Virus record (IMG/VR): IMGVR_UViG_3300007512_001664
Span: 96,001-160,000 of that record
Reading direction: 5' to 3' (one strand)
DNA from: a virus
Lineage: Duplodnaviria; Caudoviricetes
Length of the DNA stretch: 64,000 bases
Shown here piece after piece: positions 28,853 to 37,843 of this stretch (position 1 is its first letter; every line of letters starts with the position of its first letter). The position numbers and the translations under genes were made by a program. The notes under the pieces were generated by a model. It ran no database searches, was not told the DNA's origin, and saw only the letters and a program-made list of their open reading frames with translations.

Positions 28853-31699
28853 TTATTGTCCAACTATCTCCTGAAAATTAACATCTGTGTTAACAGCGTA
28901 GAAGTTAACCAATATAAACTCTGCTGCTCGAACTGGCTTCAAATAGATATCTACTCTTAGCTCATTTTGATCAATAACACTAGCAGGGTTATTCCTGTCA
29001 TCACAAACAATAAGGTAATCATATACACCTTCTGTTTGTTTGCAGTTTTCAAACATAGGTGTTAATGTATTAACGACCTTGTTTCTTGTTAAGAACGTAT
29101 TAGGTTCAAAGATAAAGAATTTCAATGTCTCTCTTGTTCTTTTCTCTAAATCGAGGAACAATCGACGTACATTAATCCTATCAAATGCCGTAGGTGCTCG
29201 TTGTAATGTCTTTTGACCAAATATAACTATCCCTTCACCCGGGAACTGTGTAACAGGGTTAATTGCAATTTTATATAATTGATCTCGTTGACGTTGGGTC
29301 GGGCTTATTGCGATGTCAGATACACCAGTAACAACACCTCTATTAAACCCAGCTGGTGCATACCAAGGAGCAAACGCCGCATCGTTTTGTGCGTAAATCT
29401 TCGCAGCTACACCAGAGAACGGAATCCATACTTGAGCACCAGCTACAGAATCTTCTACTTTCGCCCAGTTGCCGTATGTTGTCGCAAAATTACTATTAGT
29501 AACACTAAATTGATGCCTCAAAGGCCAATATACGTGCTTACTAAAGTTCTTAGTTTTATCATCTAATACTTTTTGACCAGGTCCAGATCCTTGAACAACT
29601 AACGGGCGGAAGGCGTCAGCAATAAAGATATGATCTTTTCTTGTTTCACGTGCAAATGATTCAAATCTATTGAATACAGTTATATAATTATCCCTATAGG
29701 TTATTGCTGTACCGGCAGTGTTGTCTTTCATGTTAGGGTCTGGTGTATAGAATCCTGTACCTGCACTTGCATCACCAATATCTTTAAAAATAGTATCATC
29801 AAATGTTGATCCATTACCTATAGCATGAACTGTTCCTAATCCAGCTTCAATAGTAACGTCCATTTCAAACACATCAACGTTACTACCAATTTCAAACACT
29901 CTATCCAACTTATCTGGAATACTGCCAATATTTTTATTAGTTACATCATTAGTTGTACTACTATAAACACCTAACGGCCATAACCCTTGCTCTTTCGAAA
30001 AGTTAGCATGTGTCCTTAATCTCGTTGATATTGGTGCTGTTGCTATCGCAGGGTTGCCTGCTGAGTTGTTCGCGGCGCTAATTACACCCATAGCGGCTTG
30101 CAAGCAACCAGCATTTGTACTATTAGTATGAAGTGATCGTACGAATTTACTAGGTGCTCCTCCACTCGCTGTCCATGATCCACTCTTTGTACTAATATAC
30201 GGGTTTACTAAAACTTGAATATTAGGAGAACCAGATTCAACATTTTCAATGAAAAACGAGTTTTGTGGTCCACCGTTTTCGTTTTGAACCCTTCTAGAGG
30301 AATCTAATGAACCTGTATATCCTTCCGCTAAAAATTGAGTTAATTCAATTTCAGAATTTGAGAATGGAGTGTTTCTAATTTTAAAAATACCTAAATTAAT
30401 ACAGTCAATAAATTCAGGCCCTAGTTCCCATTTAGAGATATTTTCAAGAGATTTACTCACATTACTCTTTTCATCAGTTGCAGCGCCGGATAATGAAAAG
30501 TCATATCGGGATGTTGGAACAGTCGCAAAAGCAGCTGGAGTTTTATCTCCTGTTGATCCTGTAGTATAAATACGAGCACCAGCTGTATCATAAGGAGTGG
30601 ATGGGTTAGTACTAGAACTATCTGATATCGCAGCATAATAACCTTCAAAATTGTCGTTAGTATACGTAGCGCCTTTATTTAAAACAATAATACCTGCTTT
30701 ACCTAATTCAGTTGTATTACTAGTAAATGTATTATTAGTTCCTGCGGATAAGTTATTTGACCAAGTAATATTACCATCCTTTACTGCATTGAATTCGTCT
30801 TCGGTTAATTCAATTAAAGACGGATTACCAATAACATAATAATTAGACGAACTTAAAGATACTGTTGTACCGTTATCAGCAGCAAATGGCATATTACCAA
30901 AATTATGTGCGTCTTTACAAAACACCTCACCAGCCACTAATGTCGCACCTGTAGCAGTAAGAGCAGCAAATTCAGTAGCTCCCGACCAGGCAGAGGCAAC
31001 TGCAGTTAGGGTGGTAGAGAAAGAATCAGGTCCAGTGTTTGCACCGTTGCCTTTAGCGTCTCCTTTATGTCCAGATAACGCGGCATAAATGTTCGTGGTT
31101 GTAGATATATAATTTAAGTTATCGTTAGCGTCTTTTATGATTAATTCTACACCTAATTCTGAACCGGTGCCGCTGACGCCATATGAAAACCCTTGTGAAT
31201 TGTAGCCCGTTGGCGGCGCGGCCCAACCTGCGGAATCACCTGAAGGCGATCCTACTGTTGTACCATTGTGTTGTGCATTCGTGGAATCCCAGGCGGCGCT
31301 AGCCATACCAAATACAGATTTATTAACAGAGAGAGACCCGGTTGTAGAATTAAAGCCTGTAACTGTAGCTGTATTAAGCGCAGCGACTGGGTAAGCTAGA
31401 GCAGAGTACCTTCTCGCACCAGTACTGGTACCGTATGGTAAACGAGAACAAAAAACATTAGCATCACTGTTGAATACTTGGCGTGCTGAATGATAAAAAT
31501 ATCTCTCCGCGGCATTAGTTGGCTGGCCGTAAATTTCTTGAAATTCTGCGAATGTACCTACATTAAAAATCTCATCTGTTGGTCCCTGATCGGAGAATCC
31601 TGCAATAAATACACTTGTTCCTACTGCGGCAGCAGGTCGTTGTGTTAAATCGATTTCCCTTATTTCTACACCTGGTGATTGGATTGTTCGTCTACTCAT
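28853..31699 (-). CDS. gp18: Tail sheath protein gp18
   Basis: SPGVEIREIDLT, PWYAPAGFNRG, RDQLYKIAINP, FGQKTLQ, FDRINVRRLF, FEPN, YLIVCDDRNN, KPVRAAEFI. Confidence 0.96.
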   Translation of the reverse strand: MSRRTIQSPGVEIREIDLTQRPAAAVGTSVFIAGFSDQGPTDEIFNVGTFAEFQEIYGQPTNAAERYFYHSARQVFNSDANVFCSRLPYGTSTGARRYSALAYPVAALNTATVTGFNSTTGSLSVNKSVFGMASAAWDSTNAQHNGTTVGSPSGDSAGWAAPPTGYNSQGFSYGVSGTGSELGVELIIKDANDNLNYISTTTNIYAALSGHKGDAKGNGANTGPDSFSTTLTAVASAWSGATEFAALTATGATLVAGEVFCKDAHNFGNMPFAADNGTTVSLSSSNYYVIGNPSLIELTEDEFNAVKDGNITWSNNLSAGTNNTFTSNTTELGKAGIIVLNKGATYTNDNFEGYYAAISDSSSTNPSTPYDTAGARIYTTGSTGDKTPAAFATVPTSRYDFSLSGAATDEKSNVSKSLENISKWELGPEFIDCINLGIFKIRNTPFSNSEIELTQFLAEGYTGSLDSSRRVQNENGGPQNSFFIENVESGSPNIQVLVNPYISTKSGSWTASGGAPSKFVRSLHTNSTNAGCLQAAMGVISAANNSAGNPAIATAPISTRLRTHANFSKEQGLWPLGVYSSTTNDVTNKNIGSIPDKLDRVFEIGSNVDVFEMDVTIEAGLGTVHAIGNGSTFDDTIFKDIGDASAGTGFYTPDPNMKDNTAGTAITYRDNYITVFNRFESFARETRKDHIFIADAFRPLVVQGSGPGQKVLDDKTKNFSKHVYWPLRHQFSVTNSNFATTYGNWAKVEDSVAGAQVWIPFSGVAAKIYAQNDAAFAPWYAPAGFNRGVVTGVSDIAISPTQRQRDQLYKIAINPVTQFPGEGIVIFGQKTLQRAPTAFDRINVRRLFLDLEKRTRETLKFFIFEPNTFLTRNKVVNTLTPMFENCKQTEGVYDYLIVCDDRNNPASVIDQNELRVDIYLKPVRAAEFILVNFYAVNTDVNFQEIVGQ

Positions 31700-31706
31700 A
31701 GTAAAA

Positions 31707-31723
31707 ACCTTTACAATTATTTA
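31707..31723 (-). promoter_or_regulatory. Late promoter TAAATA plus SD-like AAAGGT (gp18)
   Basis: TAAATA 31723-18, AAAGGT 31712-07, ATG 31699. Confidence 0.6.
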
Positions 31724-31747
31724 TTGTTTCCTGTGAACATATTTTAG

Positions 31748-31776
31748 TTGATTTGGCGAAATAAGCAGTATAATAT
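31748..31776 (+). promoter_or_regulatory. Sigma70-like promoter of rmlA (leaderless)
   Basis: TTGATT (31748-53)-N17-TAATAT (31771-76), then 6 nt to the ATG; an overlapping TATAAT lies at 31769-74. Confidence 0.5.
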
Positions 31777-31782
31777 AAATAT

Positions 31783-32676
31783 ATGAAGGGCATCATTTTA
31801 GCTGGCGGGACTGGATCGAGAGTATATCCTAGTACAAAAACAGTTTCAAAACAGCTTTTACCTATTTACGATAAGCCTACAATTTATTATCCTCTATCAA
31901 CTTTAATAAAATTAGGTATTAAAGATGTGATGATTATCACTAATGGTATATCATATCCTCATTTATTAAGTATGTTTAATCAAGGAGATGGTAAGAGTAA
32001 ACCATACTTAGGAATTAATTTTACTTTTAAAGTTCAACCATCTCCTAAGGGTATAGCTGAAGCACTTATTATAGGTGAAGAATGGCAAGGCGATGACGAT
32101 GTATGTTTGATTCTTGGAGATAATATTTTTACTGGTATAAGAAAACCGAAACTTGCGCCACTGGTGCATGCTGGACAGCGATTTGGAAATAAGGCATGTA
32201 TTGTGAGCTATAAAGTTTCAAATCCATCGGAATATGGTGTGGTTGATTTAAATTCACATGGCGATGTTATTTCTATACAAGAGAAACCAACCTGCCCTGA
32301 TAGTAATTTAGCAGTAACGGGTATTTATTTTTATGATAATACTGCTGGAAAAAGAGCACGTGCATTAAAGCCATCTAAGAGAGGTGAGTTAGAAATTACA
32401 GATTTAAATAAAAGTTATTTAGAAGATAACGTATTGGGACATAATACATTAAATAGTAATTATGCTTGGTTTGATACCGGTAATCCTGATGAAATGTTCG
32501 CTGCGTCTATGTATGTTAAATCTATACAAGATAGAACTCAAACAATGATTGGATGTATTGAAGGAGAGGCATATAAACAAGGGTTTATTACACGAGATGA
32601 GTTTATAAAAATTAAAGATAAGATGCCGATGTGCTCATATAAGGCTAATATGGTTATGAGTTATTGCTTTGATTAA
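31783..32676 (+). CDS. rmlA: Glucose-1-phosphate thymidylyltransferase
   Basis: KGIILAGGTGSR, KQLLPIYDKP, QPSPKGIAEA, LILGDNIF, EKP, KPSKRGELEITD, WFDTG. Confidence 0.95.
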   Translation: MKGIILAGGTGSRVYPSTKTVSKQLLPIYDKPTIYYPLSTLIKLGIKDVMIITNGISYPHLLSMFNQGDGKSKPYLGINFTFKVQPSPKGIAEALIIGEEWQGDDDVCLILGDNIFTGIRKPKLAPLVHAGQRFGNKACIVSYKVSNPSEYGVVDLNSHGDVISIQEKPTCPDSNLAVTGIYFYDNTAGKRARALKPSKRGELEITDLNKSYLEDNVLGHNTLNSNYAWFDTGNPDEMFAASMYVKSIQDRTQTMIGCIEGEAYKQGFITRDEFIKIKDKMPMCSYKANMVMSYCFD

Positions 32677-32684
32677 ATATTTTT

Positions 32685-32861
32685 ATGGACGATAAAAAGC
32701 AAAAAGAATTAGCAGAGACTATTGCTGCGTTTGAAGAGAGCGAAAAAATTGCAGCTTTATCAGGGAAGTTAGAAGCTAAAAAAATTACAGTTGCAATTGC
32801 ACGTGCTAATCGAAGAGATGGAAAGAAAAGGCCTTGTTGCTCTGTTGATCCTATAAAATAA
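32685..32861 (+). CDS. Small hypothetical late protein (58 aa)
   Basis: Below the track cut-off; MDDKKQKELAETIAAFEESE...RPCCSVDPIK*; TAAATA 5 nt upstream. Confidence 0.6.
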   Translation: MDDKKQKELAETIAAFEESEKIAALSGKLEAKKITVAIARANRRDGKKRPCCSVDPIK

Positions 32862-32868
32862 TAAGACG

Positions 32869-32961
32869 ATGATTAGCAAAAAACAAAAATATGTATGGTG
32901 GGTAATTATATTTATTTTTGCCATACTAAACGGTGTAATTATTGGTAAGTATCTATCCTAA
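32869..32961 (+). CDS. 30-aa single-pass membrane peptide
   Basis: MISKKQKYVWWVIIFIFAILNGVIIGKYLS* fills the gap between neighbouring ORFs. Confidence 0.5.
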   Translation: MISKKQKYVWWVIIFIFAILNGVIIGKYLS

Positions 32962-32964
32962 ATA
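32959..32964 (+). promoter_or_regulatory. Late promoter TAAATA of the DUF1552 gene
   Basis: 5 nt upstream of ATG 32970; overlaps the upstream TAA stop. Confidence 0.6.
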
Positions 32965-32969
32965 ATTCT

Positions 32970-34214
32970 ATGAACAGGAGGCAGTTTATAGGAGCATTAG
33001 GAGCGTCGTTTGCTTTACCGGGATTGGAGTGTTTCGGTAATGTTTCTGAAGACATAAAAAGATTAGCTGTAGTTTATGTACCTAATGGTATAAACATGCA
33101 CCATTGGACTCCAAGTGCATATGGAGATATAATTGATATACCAAATACTCTATCTCCACTTGAAGCTCATTTAAATGAAACGCAAGTTATTTCTGGTTTA
33201 ACCCACGATAAAGCACGAGCTAATGGTGACGGGGCTGGCGATCATGCTCGAGCAGCTTCTACATTTTTAACTGGAAAGCAAGCTCATAAACATGAATCAA
33301 AAATTAGATCAGGTAAATCTGTTGATCAATACATAGCCGACAAATATAATGGAGTCACTCGATTCGATAGTTTACAAGTTACTGGCAGTAAGGCTCGTTT
33401 AGTAGGTAAATGTGATTCAGGTTATAGTTGTGCTTATCAATATAACTTGTCATGGAAGAATGCTCAACTGCCTATGGCAGCAATGCATGACCCGCAAGAT
33501 ATTTTTAATAGACTTTTTAATGTAAAGACGTTAGAGCAAAAACAATTAGTACATAAAAAATCTATTCTTGATTTTGTATTGGAGGAAAGTAAGACCTTGT
33601 CAGAAAAACTACCTACATCTGATAGAGTTAAGCTTGATGAATATATGTATGCAGTAAGGGAGGTTGAAAAGGACTTACAGACTAGAGAAAGGTTTAAACT
33701 TGATAAAGATTTTGAGCTCGATTTTGAAGTAAATAAAAAATCAAATAAAATAAGACTTTTATATAAGCTTATGCATCTAGCGTTCCTTAATGACACAACA
33801 CGTGTTATAACCTTTCTGACACAACACGATGGTTATAATGGCCCGCATAGAGAGATAGGAATAGCTGATGGTCACCATAGTCTGTCTCATCATCAAAAAG
33901 ATCCTAAAAAATTACATGACCTAGCAATGATAGATTTGTTTAATGTAAGATTGTTTTCTGAGTTTATTACTAAACTTAAAAAAGATAACTTACTAGAAAA
34001 TACAGATGTAATTTATGGTGCAGGTATATCAGACGGAAATAGACATAATCATGATGAATTACCGGTATTATTAGTGGGTGGAAAAAATAAAGGTAAACAT
34101 TTTAGAGTAGAAAAAGAAAAACCAATGTGTGATTTATTTGTAAGTTTGTTGCATAAGCATGGAATAGATATGCACCATTTTGGAGATTCTACGGGAGAGT
34201 TAAATATCGTTTAA
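32970..34214 (+). CDS. DUF1552 (HxxSHH) family protein with Tat signal peptide
   Basis: MNRRQF Tat motif; YVPNG, GDHARAASTFLTG, SVDQ, CDSGYSCAY, HHSLSHH, GISDGNRHNHDELPVLLVGG. Confidence 0.88.
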   Translation: MNRRQFIGALGASFALPGLECFGNVSEDIKRLAVVYVPNGINMHHWTPSAYGDIIDIPNTLSPLEAHLNETQVISGLTHDKARANGDGAGDHARAASTFLTGKQAHKHESKIRSGKSVDQYIADKYNGVTRFDSLQVTGSKARLVGKCDSGYSCAYQYNLSWKNAQLPMAAMHDPQDIFNRLFNVKTLEQKQLVHKKSILDFVLEESKTLSEKLPTSDRVKLDEYMYAVREVEKDLQTRERFKLDKDFELDFEVNKKSNKIRLLYKLMHLAFLNDTTRVITFLTQHDGYNGPHREIGIADGHHSLSHHQKDPKKLHDLAMIDLFNVRLFSEFITKLKKDNLLENTDVIYGAGISDGNRHNHDELPVLLVGGKNKGKHFRVEKEKPMCDLFVSLLHKHGIDMHHFGDSTGELNIV

Positions 34215-34798
34215 ATTAACTTTGTTTCTAATCGTGTAAATTCAAAAGTAGCAGAAGAGGTAATTTCTTCTCCTGTAGCATAGTTCCATTTAATTTCAGT
34301 TAATCTAGTAGGGAATGCGCCAATATAGTCCCATTGAATTTTTTTATTTTCATATTCATCTAAACCGTATACTGTTAAATTAGAGGAATATATAGGTAGT
34401 TGTTGGGACGGTGCCATTAATTGTTGAGGTGATTTATATTTTATAATATCATCTTCATTAAAATTGCCAGTTTTAACATCGTTAATAATATCAAGCCATT
34501 TATATATTGCCCAATAGTTATTAAATTCATTATCAATTCTAAAATCTAGATTTAAAGATTCATATGCTGGTCGAGCATGAGAACTGACTTTTATAGTTTG
34601 CGCACCGTATGGTAGTGTTTTTTCTGGTATACTAATGGTAGGTGTTACGGTACCAGCGACACTAATTTCTAAACTATTAGCATCGATTCTATTTGTGTTT
34701 CTGGTTATGTTATCTACAATATTTTTTATACCTTCAGGTAAATTTAAAACCAGTATAAATTTATCATGTCTATTTTTATTAAGTGGTGCTTGATTCAT
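34211..34798 (-). CDS. gp3: Tail completion/sheath stabiliser gp3
   Basis: YESLNLDFRIDNEFNNYWAIYKWL, then GAFPTRL and ATFEFT. Confidence 0.75.
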   Translation of the reverse strand: MNQAPLNKNRHDKFILVLNLPEGIKNIVDNITRNTNRIDANSLEISVAGTVTPTISIPEKTLPYGAQTIKVSSHARPAYESLNLDFRIDNEFNNYWAIYKWLDIINDVKTGNFNEDDIIKYKSPQQLMAPSQQLPIYSSNLTVYGLDEYENKKIQWDYIGAFPTRLTEIKWNYATGEEITSSATFEFTRLETKLI

Positions 34799-36513
34799 AC
34801 TTTAATATATCCTTGTGCTTCTAATTCGTCCATATCTGTATTGTAGTTAGGAGCTCCGTCCTCATTAAAAATATTTATATCTGTAAAATGTACTGAAGGC
34901 GGATTCCAGCTGTCATCAATATTTTGCATTTTATAATCTTGCAAGAAGTTACTAAATTTTTGATCAATATATGGACCTAGTTCGATTTTTGCGGGGCGTT
35001 GATTATCGTCGATTTCTATAACATTATAATATTTTTGTATAACGCTATTTTCTAATATTAATAACGCCCATACCATTGCCATTACTCTGTCGTCAAAATC
35101 AAAGCCAGGCTGAGCAGCCCAAGAACCGTTCGGATACCGTACGAAGTTTTTCATTTCTACGACAGATGTTTTTGATTTTATGTCAACACATTTAATATCG
35201 TTAACCCAATATCTCATATTAGTAATACCCTTATATTTGGTATTAGTATGAGCGTATACTCCTAACCTGTCATATTTAATTTGACCTATTTTAGGGGACC
35301 AATTGACGATACTTCTATAATTATATTGGTGATATAAATTATCTACAACTTGACTACCGCAATTATTTCTTTCAATTAACACAGGAGGTGCTCCCCAGTG
35401 ATAACATATATCTCGAACTTTAGTAGTAAATTCAAACGGATTAATTTCGTTAGATGCATACTCTGCAACTTGTTTTATATGTTGTAAGTCAGTTATATCT
35501 AAGACTTGTATAACGCTATAGTTTTGACCGACACCTTCAGCTACATCAACACCAATAGTATATAAATGATCTTTATCTGGTTCTTCCCACACTCTATAAC
35601 ACCCATCGTCAAATACATATGTCGGTTCAGTTGTATTCGATAATAATTTTTCAAAGAAAATTTCATCAATAAACGAATCTCCTGTATCAAGAAACTTACA
35701 ATCAAATTCTTGAGCGAACGCTTCTTCACTACCTATAGACTTAATAGTGTCTTGTTTCCATTTTTCATCTCTACCGGGAACTTCATGCCATAGTATAGTT
35801 TCTGATTTCCAGTTGTTTACTCCTTTTTCTGCTTCTGTATATAACGTATAAAATAAGTTACCACTACCATTAGGGGTAGATGCTACAAATATTTTAGATT
35901 TTGTTGATGAGGAAATAATTGGATATACTGACTTCCAAAATTCTTCAACAAGATTATTTGGGATAAAAGCTAACTCATCTAGAATTAATACATTTACAGA
36001 TTCACCGCGACCAGCGTCCGAGCTAGTAGTGCTAATACCTATACTACTACCGTTTGCTAATTTCATGGATGTTTTACCATATTCTAAAACCCCGGGTTTA
36101 AGATAGTTCGGTAAATTTTCATATGCGAGTCTAACTCTCGAAAAAATACTAATTGCAGTTTGTTCTTTGTTAGCCACGATTAATATTCGCTGATCGTCCT
36201 GAAAGCAGGCAATCCATAAAGCGTAAATCGTCATCATGGTAGTTTTGCCTGTTTGTCTACTAGCTAAGCAAGCTACAAATCTGTTATCTCTCAGACTACG
36301 TAATACTCTTTTCTGACAAGGGTATAAGTTTATTTTTATTTTACCTCGATCAAGGTTAACAATGTGAAAAAAGTTTTCTGCAAAATAGAGAATGTTCTGT
36401 TTAGCTTTTTTAAGCGATTTGACCATGTCTGGAGTCCATTCATACTCCATGTTAGGGTTAGGTAAATTTGTATTACCTAAATAGAATTTATCGTCTTTTT
36501 TTAGCCTGGGCAC
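34795..36513 (-). CDS. gp17: Terminase large subunit gp17
   Basis: SRQTGKT (Walker A), LILDELAF (Walker B), ASTPNG, FAQEFDC, nuclease GVDVAEG...IERNN...DDRVMA; GTG start. Confidence 0.96.
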   Translation of the reverse strand: MPRLKKDDKFYLGNTNLPNPNMEYEWTPDMVKSLKKAKQNILYFAENFFHIVNLDRGKIKINLYPCQKRVLRSLRDNRFVACLASRQTGKTTMMTIYALWIACFQDDQRILIVANKEQTAISIFSRVRLAYENLPNYLKPGVLEYGKTSMKLANGSSIGISTTSSDAGRGESVNVLILDELAFIPNNLVEEFWKSVYPIISSSTKSKIFVASTPNGSGNLFYTLYTEAEKGVNNWKSETILWHEVPGRDEKWKQDTIKSIGSEEAFAQEFDCKFLDTGDSFIDEIFFEKLLSNTTEPTYVFDDGCYRVWEEPDKDHLYTIGVDVAEGVGQNYSVIQVLDITDLQHIKQVAEYASNEINPFEFTTKVRDICYHWGAPPVLIERNNCGSQVVDNLYHQYNYRSIVNWSPKIGQIKYDRLGVYAHTNTKYKGITNMRYWVNDIKCVDIKSKTSVVEMKNFVRYPNGSWAAQPGFDFDDRVMAMVWALLILENSVIQKYYNVIEIDDNQRPAKIELGPYIDQKFSNFLQDYKMQNIDDSWNPPSVHFTDINIFNEDGAPNYNTDMDELEAQGYIKV

Positions 36514-36526
36514 TATAAATATTTAC
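36514..36526. promoter_or_regulatory. Overlapping bidirectional T4-type late promoter
   Basis: TATAAATATTTAC: + TAAATA 36516-21 lies 5 nt before ATG 36527; - TAAATA 36525-20 lies 6 nt before GTG 36513. Confidence 0.75.
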
Positions 36527-37774
36527 ATGAACAGCAAAGATTTAAACTCTATTAATGAAGCCTTTGCAAATGCTACGGCAAAGGTAGTTGCTGAAGACAC
36601 TGCGAAGACGGAAACTATTCTTGAAGAGGATAGTAAGAAAGTTAATGAAGACCTCGGTCCAGATTTTGGTGATGAAGAGGATTTTGGTGATCCTTCTCGT
36701 CATAGTGGTGATTATTTAGATGATGAGCCATTAGATGTCGGGGATCTAGTAGAGGTTGAGGGTGAGGATGATGATTACGTAGTTATTGATGTTGACGGTG
36801 AGTATCTTAATTTAGCTGCCGTTGGCGACGCAATCGAGGTTAAAAGAGACAGTGTTGTAAAGAAAGAATCAGTTAGAGTTGAAAGAAAGCTAGTCACACT
36901 TAAGGAGAAAAAGAAAATTATGAGTTTTACAAATATAATGGAAGAGTATGAAAGTCGGTTATCTTCAGGTTCAAAAGGCTTTTCGTTAAAAGCTAGATTA
37001 AATGAAGAGGACGGTACGTCATATAAGCAGCCTGATGAAAGTAAGTATAATAAGGTTGACGATAAAACACAACGTCCTGCTGAAGAAACCGATTCAACAA
37101 AGGAGTCACCTACATGTAATGTCGAGGATGATTTGCAAGAGCCTAAAGAAGCAGAAGAAAAAGTTGCTGAAAAGGAAGAGAAAGTTGTTGAGGATAGTAT
37201 AAATAATTCTAACAAAGGTAATATTATGTCAGAAGATAAATCTATATTTGATAAGCTCTACGAGCAAGTTATGAATGAAGACGATGAATTCGGTGCTGAG
37301 TTAGGTCTGCCTAGCCCTGATGATCTCGGGTTTGATGACGACGAAACAGGTGATGAAAACGGTGATGTTACTATCACATTAACTGCCGATCAAGCCGCTG
37401 CCATTCAAGCCGTCGCTGATCAATTAGCTCCAGCCGACGACGACACAGCAGAAGATGAATTTGACGCTGCTGAAGAACCGGAAGAGGGAGTTGCACATGA
37501 AAGTGCAGAGAACGCTGAAACAGTGTCTGAGGGAGATGAAACATCTACTGGAAAGCCGACAGGCGCTGGTGCAAAGACAGGTGTTGATCCTTCTGATGGT
37601 GGTGGTAATGCTACAGATCCAGCTGCTGATAGTTTAGGTGGTAAGTCTACAGGTACGGGTGATGCTAAGGTTACGGACGACGATCCGACAACTGGCAAGC
37701 CGACGACTGATGGTAAAAAGACTGGTGATACCAAGTATGGCAAAGGCCCGTTAAAGGCTAATGCAAAGACATAA
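36527..37774 (+). CDS. Highly acidic late protein, probable prohead core/internal head protein
   Basis: 415 aa, strongly D/E-rich with a Gly/Thr-rich tail; late promoter upstream and strong terminator downstream. Confidence 0.6.
   Translation: MNSKDLNSINEAFANATAKVVAEDTAKTETILEEDSKKVNEDLGPDFGDEEDFGDPSRHSGDYLDDEPLDVGDLVEVEGEDDDYVVIDVDGEYLNLAAVGDAIEVKRDSVVKKESVRVERKLVTLKEKKKIMSFTNIMEEYESRLSSGSKGFSLKARLNEEDGTSYKQPDESKYNKVDDKTQRPAEETDSTKESPTCNVEDDLQEPKEAEEKVAEKEEKVVEDSINNSNKGNIMSEDKSIFDKLYEQVMNEDDEFGAELGLPSPDDLGFDDDETGDENGDVTITLTADQAAAIQAVADQLAPADDDTAEDEFDAAEEPEEGVAHESAENAETVSEGDETSTGKPTGAGAKTGVDPSDGGGNATDPAADSLGGKSTGTGDAKVTDDDPTTGKPTTDGKKTGDTKYGKGPLKANAKT
37198..37228 (+). promoter_or_regulatory. 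Internal late promoter plus SD-like AAAGGT and in-frame ATG (37226)
   Basis: TATAAATA 37198-205, AAAGGT 37214-19, ATG 37226 = Met234 of the 415-aa ORF. Confidence 0.55.
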
Positions 37775-37797
37775 GATAAATATATAATACCTTTGAT

Positions 37798-37829
37798 AGC
37801 CCTCTACATTAATGTAGGGGGCTTTTTTT
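37798..37829 (+). terminator. Rho-independent terminator
   Basis: AGCCCTCTACAT-TA-ATGTAGGGGGCT stem (one G:U pair) running into a T7 tract. Confidence 0.88.
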
Positions 37830-37843
37830 ATTAAATAATTAAA

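Noticed and set aside
36527-37774. Direct call as scaffold gp22 or major capsid gp23
   Set aside because: No recognisable gp22 or gp23 motifs; portal, protease and capsid genes are not in this window.
37777-37829. TAAATA between the stop codon and the terminator, which could give a ~40-nt small RNA
   Set aside because: A single hexamer in AT-rich sequence with no independent support; the hairpin is adequately explained as the terminator of the upstream gene.
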